Positions 8,713 through 15,910 of a stretch of 64,000 bases of DNA are shown here, one piece after another. Each line of letters begins with the position of its first letter. Position 1 is the first letter of the stretch. The notes under the pieces were generated by a model, which worked only from the letters and a program-made list of their open reading frames with translations, was not told the DNA's origin and did no database searches. This DNA is from an uncultured Planctomycetia bacterium (lineage in GTDB: Bacteria > Omnitrophota > Gorgyraeia > VGKH01 > JBHPFN01): contig CAYOSQ010000003.1 of assembly GCA_964406665.1 (NCBI GenBank), forward strand, positions 38,641-102,640, written 5' to 3'. The translations under genes were made by a program, and so were the position numbers.

Positions 8713-9636
8713 TTGCAGAAGTATTTTTTCCCCATTCTAATAATTGTTTTTTTCTTATCTTTATGCTTTCCTTGTTTTGCTCAAAGGGAATCAGTTACAA
8801 TTATCACTTATTATCCTGCCCCGTACGGAAATTATAAATATTTAGAAGCTAAAAAGAGTGCTGCAGTAGGAGATATCGGTGATTCAGGTACTCTCGGCAT
8901 AACCGAAGTCGATGATTTGCAGCAAGGAGAGCTGTTTGTAGAAGGTAATGTGACCTTTGGTACGCATATTGTTGATCCACCGATTGGTCAGGCAAAAACA
9001 GGAGAGCTAATTTATTTTGATGATACAGTAGATAACGGGTTTAAATATTTTGACGGAACAGATTGGATGTTGCCTGCTACAATGGGTGGAATGGGTGGTT
9101 GCTATGTTTCTTTTTGCGGGAATAGATTTGAAGGTATGGCCTCTCCAAGTGTACGCCGCTGTAGTTTTAATTCGGAAGCTTCTCCTGCCAATGTTTGCTT
9201 AGATGATTTTAGCCAGGTAGGAGATAGTGGTAGATATGGTTTTTGCTATGTTGATGACTTTCCTTCTTTTCATCATAGACATAAAGTGTATCATAGGCCA
9301 CCGGCTGATGACTCAGGTAATCCTTCTTGTGATGCGGGAGAGATTTTTTTTAGTGAGGGTTCAGCATATCTTTGTTGTAAAGATCCGGTTGCAAGTGTTA
9401 AGGCTTGTTATATATCCTATTGTGATTCTGCAGATGATAATTGTAGCTTTGGAGGAACACCTGCCGATCCTTGCATAGGAGGATTTGCGCAACAGGGAAG
9501 TAGTAGTACTTGGGGTTATTGTGAAGTTACTGCAGGTGGATGGATTCCAGGATATTATTTCCGTCCACCTCATGGAAACTGTGATTGGCGTTTTACTCCA
9601 CATGATATTGGAAACGCTTATTTATGTTGTAAATAA
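8713..9636 (+). CDS. Secreted cysteine-rich protein, paralog 1 (conserved N-domain + two 8-Cys modules, each ending YLCCK)
   Basis: 307 aa. TTG start with AAGGAGAG RBS. Signal peptide ending CFA|QRE. Mature N-terminus TIITYYPAPYG... shared with the next two genes. Two Cys modules (aa ~129-223 and ~231-307). Confidence 0.7.
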   Translation: MQKYFFPILIIVFFLSLCFPCFAQRESVTIITYYPAPYGNYKYLEAKKSAAVGDIGDSGTLGITEVDDLQQGELFVEGNVTFGTHIVDPPIGQAKTGELIYFDDTVDNGFKYFDGTDWMLPATMGGMGGCYVSFCGNRFEGMASPSVRRCSFNSEASPANVCLDDFSQVGDSGRYGFCYVDDFPSFHHRHKVYHRPPADDSGNPSCDAGEIFFSEGSAYLCCKDPVASVKACYISYCDSADDNCSFGGTPADPCIGGFAQQGSSSTWGYCEVTAGGWIPGYYFRPPHGNCDWRFTPHDIGNAYLCCK

Positions 9637-9647
9637 ATGTTTAAATT

Positions 9648-10214
9648 ATGCGAAATAGTTTAATTGTTAACAAAATATTTATTATTTGCATATTTGTGTT
9701 ATTTATTTTCTTCGTGATAGAGAGCTTTGCAGATGAAGGGCTAACGATTACAACTTATTATCCTGCCCCTTATGGGGTTTATAATCAGGTTGAAGCAAAA
9801 GCGGGATTTGCTGTAGGTGATATTTCAGGCATTGGTACAGTGGGGGATTTATATACGGGTGAGCTTTTTATATCTGACGGTGCGATTTTTAAACCAAAAA
9901 ACGTTGACCCTGGTGCAGGTGATGGAAAGCAGGGTGAGCTTATTTATAATGCTACAGAAGATACTTTCAAATTTTTCGCTGACGGCGCTTGGAATAATAT
10001 GATTGGAGGAGAGGTTTGTTATTTATCTTTTTGTAACGGTATGGTAGAAGATGATTGCAGTTTTGGTGGCACACCTTGCATAGGAGGCTTTACAAAACTT
10101 GAACCAAATGATGTTTATGGATTTGATCCTTATTGTGCAAACTGTCAATATGCTTTTGATATAAACGGCCAGGATATTATTTCTTCTGGTAGGATATATT
10201 TATGCTGTAAATAA
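9648..10214 (+). CDS. Secreted cysteine-rich protein, paralog 2 (N-domain + one 8-Cys module, ends IYLCCK)
   Basis: 188 aa. Signal peptide ...ESFA|DEG. TITTYYPAPYG...AVGDI...GELF...FKPKNVDP...GELIYN...FKFFADGAW. Then CYLSFC...DCSFGGTPCIGGF...YC..C...YLCCK. Confidence 0.7.
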   Translation: MRNSLIVNKIFIICIFVLFIFFVIESFADEGLTITTYYPAPYGVYNQVEAKAGFAVGDISGIGTVGDLYTGELFISDGAIFKPKNVDPGAGDGKQGELIYNATEDTFKFFADGAWNNMIGGEVCYLSFCNGMVEDDCSFGGTPCIGGFTKLEPNDVYGFDPYCANCQYAFDINGQDIISSGRIYLCCK

Positions 10215-10226
10215 AATTATTAGCGT

Positions 10227-10886
10227 ATGAAGAAAAACAAAACTTTTCAATTATTATTTTTAGCTATAATATTTTTTGCTCATTGTAATTGTGTTAGAGC
10301 AGAAGATATATCTTTTACAACATATTATCCTTCTCTACAGGGTGTTTATTCGGGCTTATCTTCTGAAGAGGCATTTGCTGTGGGTGATATATCAGATTCT
10401 GGTACTGCTGCAGTAGATGAGACCACTGATTTAGATCAGGGTGAAGTTTTTGTTGAAGATAGCGTAATATTCAAGCCAAAAAACGCTGACCCGATTCCTG
10501 CTGATTCCAGGGCTGGTAGTTTGATATATAATGATGTAGAGGATATGTTTAAATATTATGATGGAACTCAATGGAAAGGGTTTACCGGAGCTGCAATAGA
10601 AGGTGGTGGTTGTTATATTTCTTATTGTAAGTCTCCAGGTGGCATAAGTGGTTTTTGTTCTTTTGGAACTGTCTGGGATGTTGCTGATCAACATCCTTGT
10701 AGAGAAGATTTAGGTTATCAGCAAGTTGGTGTGGGTGATCTTCATGGTAGGTGCTGCAGGGCTTCTAATCCACCTGGTCTTCATTGTACAGGGGCAGATC
10801 ATTTCTATGCTGGTGGAGGCTGTGGCAATGCTGGTAGCAGCTGGGTAATCAGAAATTCTTTTTATATATTTCTTTGCTGTAAATAG
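10227..10886 (+). CDS. Secreted cysteine-rich protein, paralog 3 (N-domain + 10-Cys module, ends IFLCCK)
   Basis: 219 aa. Signal peptide ...VRA|EDI. SFTTYYPSLQG...AVGDI...GEVF...FKPKNADP...GSLIYN...FKYYDGTQW. Cys module CYISYC...FCSFG...PC...CC...C...C...FLCCK. Confidence 0.7.
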   Translation: MKKNKTFQLLFLAIIFFAHCNCVRAEDISFTTYYPSLQGVYSGLSSEEAFAVGDISDSGTAAVDETTDLDQGEVFVEDSVIFKPKNADPIPADSRAGSLIYNDVEDMFKYYDGTQWKGFTGAAIEGGGCYISYCKSPGGISGFCSFGTVWDVADQHPCREDLGYQQVGVGDLHGRCCRASNPPGLHCTGADHFYAGGGCGNAGSSWVIRNSFYIFLCCK

Positions 10887-11114
10887 AAATAGTCAATTAT
10901 TAATTTTTCAATAACTTCATTTCCATTATTCAAATAATCTAATGATTTTTAAGTGTTATCTTGACTTATCCTTTAAGTAGAGGTAAACTAATCTTCGCTG
11001 ATAATTGAAGGATTTATCAACCAAACCTATAAATTATTCAACTTTTTCAGGACTTATTTAAAACAAAAATAGAAATAAATATTAATATAAACTACTAAAG
11101 CATAAGGAGTTGAT

Positions 11115-12701
11115 ATGAAGTTATTGATTGGTGATTCATTATCGAACGAAGGAGTTAAGATATTAGAGAAGGTTAAGGGTTTAAAGGTAGATGTCAATAC
11201 AGGCCTTAAGCCTGATGAGCTTAAGAAGATAATAAAAGATTATGACGCGATTGTGATAAGAAGTGCAACTAAGCTTACTGCTGATGTACTTAAAGAGGCT
11301 AAAAATCTAAAATATATCGGACGTGCTGGTGTCGGATTAGACAACGTAGATCTAGAAGCTGCAACTAAGCAGGGTATTATAGTTATGAACGCACCAGGCG
11401 GAAACACTATTTCTACTGCTGAGCATACAGTTAGTATGATTTTAGCACTTTCCAGGAATATCCCTCAAGCTCATGCTTCTACATCGGGTGGAAATTGGGA
11501 ACGTAAGAAGTTTATGGGTGCTGAGGTATACGGAAAAACTTTAGGTATTGTGGGCTTGGGCAAAATTGGAACCGCGGTTGCCAAGCGTGCCTTAGCATTT
11601 GGGATGAAGATTGTAGCGTATGATCCTTTTATATCTTTAGAAGTTGCCAAGCAGTTGGGTGTTGAAATTGTTGAGCTAAAGGATTTATTCCCTAAGGTTG
11701 ATTATATTACCGTGCACACTCCTCTTTCTGATGAGACAAAGCATATGATTTCAGATAAACAGTTCGCTGCTATGAAGAACGGGGTTAAGGTGATTAATTG
11801 TGCCCGAGGGGGAATTATTGATGAAGTAGCGCTTATTAAGGCAATAGATTCGGGTAAAGTTTCCGGTTGTGCAATGGATGTATTCGAAACTGAACCTCCG
11901 GGAAAAGAGTCTCCGCTTCTTAAATCGGACAAAATTATTAGAACTCCCCATATCGGTGCTTCAACTGAAGAAGCCCAGGTAAGTGTGGCAATTGAAATCG
12001 CCCACACGATAAAAGATGCATTAACTGATAACGTGATTAAAAATGCTGCCAACTTTCCTTGTGTGGAAGCAGAGGTCTGTGAAGTATTAAGCCCTTATAT
12101 AGCTCTTTCTGAAAAAATGGGAGAGTTGGCTTGTCAATTATTCGATGGTCGCATTAATAAGGTTGTCGTTGACTATAATGGACAGATCGCCGAGCTTAAG
12201 AATGAATCGGCAACTATTGCTGTAGTTAAGGGTTTGCTCACTCCGGTAGTCCGTGAGATGGTAAATTATGTCAATGCAAAAAGCTTGGCTAAAGAGAGAG
12301 GTATTAAGGTTAAGGTTTCGGAATCTACTTCATCAGAGGAAGAGTTTGTTAATTTAATTACAGTTAAGGTTTCAGACGGAAAGTCAGATTTATTGATTTG
12401 CGGTACACTTTCAAGCAATAACCAGCCTAGAATAGTTAAGATAAATGATTTTTATGTTGAGGCCAAACCCGAAGGCCATATGCTTTTCATGCGTAATTCT
12501 GATTTACCCGGAGTTATCGGTGCAATAGGAACTATCTTAGGAAACAATAAGGTAAATATTGCAACAATGACGTTCGGCAGAACCGAAGTCGGAGGAGATG
12601 CGCTTTCTGTAGTTAATATAGACAGTCCATTATCGGCTAAAATCCTCGAAGAAATAAAAAAAGCCAAACATATTAAATCTGTAAAATTAATCAAATTATA
12701 A
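11115..12701 (+). CDS. serA: D-3-phosphoglycerate dehydrogenase (with C-terminal ACT domain)
   Basis: 528 aa. NAD-binding GIVGLGKIGTAVA, catalytic region, C-terminal ACT-like segment. Canonical long SerA. Confidence 0.9.
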   Translation: MKLLIGDSLSNEGVKILEKVKGLKVDVNTGLKPDELKKIIKDYDAIVIRSATKLTADVLKEAKNLKYIGRAGVGLDNVDLEAATKQGIIVMNAPGGNTISTAEHTVSMILALSRNIPQAHASTSGGNWERKKFMGAEVYGKTLGIVGLGKIGTAVAKRALAFGMKIVAYDPFISLEVAKQLGVEIVELKDLFPKVDYITVHTPLSDETKHMISDKQFAAMKNGVKVINCARGGIIDEVALIKAIDSGKVSGCAMDVFETEPPGKESPLLKSDKIIRTPHIGASTEEAQVSVAIEIAHTIKDALTDNVIKNAANFPCVEAEVCEVLSPYIALSEKMGELACQLFDGRINKVVVDYNGQIAELKNESATIAVVKGLLTPVVREMVNYVNAKSLAKERGIKVKVSESTSSEEEFVNLITVKVSDGKSDLLICGTLSSNNQPRIVKINDFYVEAKPEGHMLFMRNSDLPGVIGAIGTILGNNKVNIATMTFGRTEVGGDALSVVNIDSPLSAKILEEIKKAKHIKSVKLIKL

Positions 12702-12715
12702 AAAGAGGTGATTGT

Positions 12716-12952
12716 ATGAAAAAAGCTAATAGCTTTTTGAAGGTTGCAGCTGTGTGTGTGGCATCGTTGGTGATTGCATTTTTGCTTTATAGCGCAACCA
12801 GCGCGGCAGAGTATACCAATGCTGATTTATCTGGAGATGAATTACTTTTAAGACTTGATTCTATTGAAAATAATCAAAAAATTATTTTACAACGTCTTGA
12901 TTCTTTAGAAGAAACACTTATTAAAGAAATAAAGATTAGATGCACTAAATAA
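12716..12952 (+). CDS. Small single-pass membrane protein with coiled-coil tail (hypothetical)
   Basis: 78 aa. One N-terminal TM helix then a heptad-like LLLRLDSIENNQKIILQRLDSLEETL segment. Good RBS (AAGAGGTG). Immediately precedes the DUF1573-DsbD gene. Confidence 0.5.
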   Translation: MKKANSFLKVAAVCVASLVIAFLLYSATSAAEYTNADLSGDELLLRLDSIENNQKIILQRLDSLEETLIKEIKIRCTK

Positions 12953-12954
12953 TT

Positions 12955-14100
12955 ATGAAGAAAATATTAGTTACGCTTATATTTCTTTTATTGGCGACAA
13001 CATGCTTTGCTGCGCCTAAGATATCTATTGATGATGGATATTTCGATTTAGGCATTATGGCAGAGGGGCAAGTTTATCCTTATAAATTTAGAATTAAGAA
13101 TATCGGCGATGAAGATCTTAAGATAGATGTAATTCATGTAAGTTGCGGATGTGTTAAGATTGTTAAACCGGACGGTCCGATAACTGTTTCTGCGGGTGAA
13201 GAATTTGAATTACAATTTAATTTTGATACGACAGGTTTTTTTGGTGAGACGGTAAAATATATTTATGTAAATACAAATGTGCCAAAAAATCCGTTGCTTA
13301 GGATTAGGCTAGATACTTTTATTGAGGCACAAGAGCAGGTTCTTTTAAGAAGATTTGAGAAGTTTAGCGGCTGGACAGTAGTTGGTGTCGGACTCGTTGA
13401 TGGTGTGAATCCTTGTGCGTTTACTGTGCTTATATTTTTCTTATCATTTTTAAGCTTTGCTGGATATGGTCGGCGTCAGATTATAGTTCTAGGCAGCGTA
13501 TTTATATTAACAGTATTTCTTACTTATTTAGCTATTGGTTTGGGGATATTCGAATTTTTGCACAATCTGCCTAATTTTGAAATTGTTTCAAAAATTATTT
13601 ATTTCATCACTGCTTGTCTGGCTATTGTCTTAGGATTCCTCAGTCTTTATGATTGGTGGATATTTAAAAAGACAAAAGATCCGGATAAGATAAAATTAAA
13701 ACTGCCTGGAATGGTGAAAAAGCAGATTCATGGTGTTATTAAAGATCATACAAAGGATAAATCCAATAAGCAAAGCGTTATAAAACTAGCATTAACAGCT
13801 TTAAGTTGTGGTTTTATTGTTTCTTTACTTGAGTCTGTTTGCACCGGCCAACTTTATGTACCTACGATTGTTTATGTTCTAGGCGTACCTGGTTTGAAGG
13901 CACAAGCCTGGCTGTACTTGTTGTTATACAATTTAATGTTTATTGTGCCGTTGGTAACAATATTTATGTTTGCGCTATTTGGGGTTACTTCAGAAGGATT
14001 TGCTAAGATTGCTAAGTTGCATCTTGCAAAAATTAAGCTTATTACGGCATTTGTATTTTTCTTTTTGGGATTATTTTTATTATTTATTGTTAAACACTAA
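12955..14100 (+). CDS. DUF1573 domain fused to a DsbD/CcdA-like thiol:disulfide transporter membrane domain
   Basis: 381 aa. Signal peptide. DUF1573 signature ...KIDVIHVSCGCVKIVKPDGPI.... Then about 6 TM helices with conserved Cys in VNPCAF (TM1) and SVCTGQ (later TM), as in the CcdA/DsbD_2 family. Confidence 0.6.
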   Translation: MKKILVTLIFLLLATTCFAAPKISIDDGYFDLGIMAEGQVYPYKFRIKNIGDEDLKIDVIHVSCGCVKIVKPDGPITVSAGEEFELQFNFDTTGFFGETVKYIYVNTNVPKNPLLRIRLDTFIEAQEQVLLRRFEKFSGWTVVGVGLVDGVNPCAFTVLIFFLSFLSFAGYGRRQIIVLGSVFILTVFLTYLAIGLGIFEFLHNLPNFEIVSKIIYFITACLAIVLGFLSLYDWWIFKKTKDPDKIKLKLPGMVKKQIHGVIKDHTKDKSNKQSVIKLALTALSCGFIVSLLESVCTGQLYVPTIVYVLGVPGLKAQAWLYLLLYNLMFIVPLVTIFMFALFGVTSEGFAKIAKLHLAKIKLITAFVFFFLGLFLLFIVKH

Positions 14101-14116
14101 AAAGGATAGAAAGTAG

Positions 14117-15910
14117 ATGAAAAGAAAAGTTTTTATTATTGCACTGTTTTGCTTAAGTCTTTTATTAACAAGCAATTCTTTATATGCTGAAAAAGTAACT
14201 ATAGCCTATACTGGTGGTTCATATTCAAATCTATATCCTTGTAGATGTCCTAAATCACCGAATGGTGGGGTGGCTCGACGTGCAACAATTCTAAATAAGT
14301 TGTGCAAAGAATACCCCAGTTTGTTATTGCTTGATTCTGGCGGATATTTTGGCGGTGGAATGCAGGATGGTGAAAAGACTACTCTGGAATTAGATAAAAA
14401 GCGAACTGTATTAAATTTAGAAATTATGGAGTTGTTGGGATATGATGTAGTCGGAATAAGCAAGGAAGAAATGAATTTCGGTAGAGATTTTCTGATTGAT
14501 AAAATAAAAGATACTGGAATTAATTTTCTTGCATGCAACATAGATTTACCTGGAGCAGCGCCGTTTATCATTAAAGAGGCTAGCTCTGTCAAGATCGGCA
14601 TTCTCGCAGTTGCACCATTAGATTTTATTACAGAAAATAAACAGGATTTTTCTGATGTTTTGAAAACAGTTACGGGAAACATAGAATATATGTCTAAGCA
14701 AGGTGCAGAAATTGTTATTGTGTTGAGTTACCTTGGGCATAGCTTAGATATTCAATTGATGGAGCAGGTTAAAGGAATAGATGTTTTAATAGGAACTAGT
14801 GAGACGAGCAAGGCTGATCCAGAAGGTAAAATAGGAGAGACTTTATATTTAAGACCTTATTATTGGGCTAAAACTGTAAAAATTGCTGAATTAGATATAG
14901 CAGATGGCAAGGTAAACAGTTTTGAGATTAAGCAGTTTCCCTTGAGTTCTGATATTGTAGATGATCCCGAAATTCAGTCTTTACTTCCTCGTTGTTTTTC
15001 AAAAAAGCAATGTAAAAAACGTGGGTTTGTTGGAAGTTGTGAATCTCCTGGAGAAATAACTGCTAAATGTACTTATGAAGAACAGGCAAAGATTCCTTTA
15101 TTGATAATAAGGCCCGATAGCTGTAAAACTTGCAATGCTAGAAGGGCTTTATCTGATGTTCAGAAAAATATTCCTGGTATTTTTCCTTCATTTGTTAACG
15201 AGTCATCGAAAAGAGGTAAATCTTTTATCAAAAAATACAATATTAAGCTATTGCCGGCATTTCTGTTAGGTCGCTCAATAGAAAGAGAAGCAACATTTAG
15301 ACAACTTCTTGACAAAAAAATTATTCAGAAAAAAGATAATAGTTATTATTTAATCAGTCCTTCCTATGCGGGGGGATCGTATTTTACTAACAGAAAGAAT
15401 ATAGATGGGCGTCTAGATTTATTTATAAGTTTATATGATAAAAAGGTAAAAAATGTTCTTAAAGTTACTAAGCAGTTAATTGAAACCATTGAAGACAAGA
15501 TAGATTTTAAGCTTCATTTTTTAGTTTTTGAAAATAAAGAGACAGGTGAATTAGTTTCGAAATATGGTAAGACTGAGGTAGAAGAAGCTAAACGCGCATT
15601 ATGCATTATAGAGAAATATCCGGATAAAACATGGGATTATTTATTCTGTCGTATAGATAATATAGAAAGTAGTTGGTGGGATGATTGCGCCAAAAGCGCT
15701 GGTATTGATGTGGAATCAATAAAAGAATGTGCAAAATCTCAAGAAGCAATTGATTTGATAAAAAATAACATTAAGCTTTCTAAAAAGCTGGGAGTTTCTT
15801 ATGGTCCACTGTTTCTTTTGAATAATAGGGAAATTTTTGGAATTGGAGAAAATACTACAGTAGAAGAATTAAAGTTAATAGTCAAACAGGAGGAAAAAGA
15901 TGACAAATAA
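14117..15910 (+). CDS. Secreted protein: degenerate 5'-nucleotidase/metallophosphatase-like N-domain + thioredoxin/DsbA-like domain(s) with CKTC motif
   Basis: 597 aa. Signal peptide. N-domain aligns by eye to the 5'-nucleotidase N-terminus, but the metal ligands are replaced (YTGGSYS for HTNDxHG, DSGG for DxGD). LLIIRPDSCKTCN... is a thioredoxin-fold CxxC. The C-terminal GVSYGPLFLLNNREIFG resembles the DsbA G-x-GTP-tfvING end. Confidence 0.55.
   Translation: MKRKVFIIALFCLSLLLTSNSLYAEKVTIAYTGGSYSNLYPCRCPKSPNGGVARRATILNKLCKEYPSLLLLDSGGYFGGGMQDGEKTTLELDKKRTVLNLEIMELLGYDVVGISKEEMNFGRDFLIDKIKDTGINFLACNIDLPGAAPFIIKEASSVKIGILAVAPLDFITENKQDFSDVLKTVTGNIEYMSKQGAEIVIVLSYLGHSLDIQLMEQVKGIDVLIGTSETSKADPEGKIGETLYLRPYYWAKTVKIAELDIADGKVNSFEIKQFPLSSDIVDDPEIQSLLPRCFSKKQCKKRGFVGSCESPGEITAKCTYEEQAKIPLLIIRPDSCKTCNARRALSDVQKNIPGIFPSFVNESSKRGKSFIKKYNIKLLPAFLLGRSIEREATFRQLLDKKIIQKKDNSYYLISPSYAGGSYFTNRKNIDGRLDLFISLYDKKVKNVLKVTKQLIETIEDKIDFKLHFLVFENKETGELVSKYGKTEVEEAKRALCIIEKYPDKTWDYLFCRIDNIESSWWDDCAKSAGIDVESIKECAKSQEAIDLIKNNIKLSKKLGVSYGPLFLLNNREIFGIGENTTVEELKLIVKQEEKDDK

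Noticed and set aside
9227-9478. Alternative + frame ORFs inside the Cys-rich genes (9227-9478, 9817-10002)
   Set aside because: They sit out of frame within paralogs whose reading frame is confirmed by the conserved signal peptide, N-domain and LCCK end.
9630-9636. C-terminal -CCK as a eukaryote-like prenylation (Rab-type CC) signal
   Set aside because: There is no bacterial prenylation machinery in context and the proteins are signal-peptide secreted. The di-Cys more plausibly completes the disulfide set of the module.
10887-11114. 228-nt AT-rich spacer before serA, examined as a possible ncRNA/riboswitch or tRNA
   Set aside because: It is low complexity with no stable conserved-looking stems, no cloverleaf and no recognisable riboswitch core. 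It is most simply a leader/promoter region.
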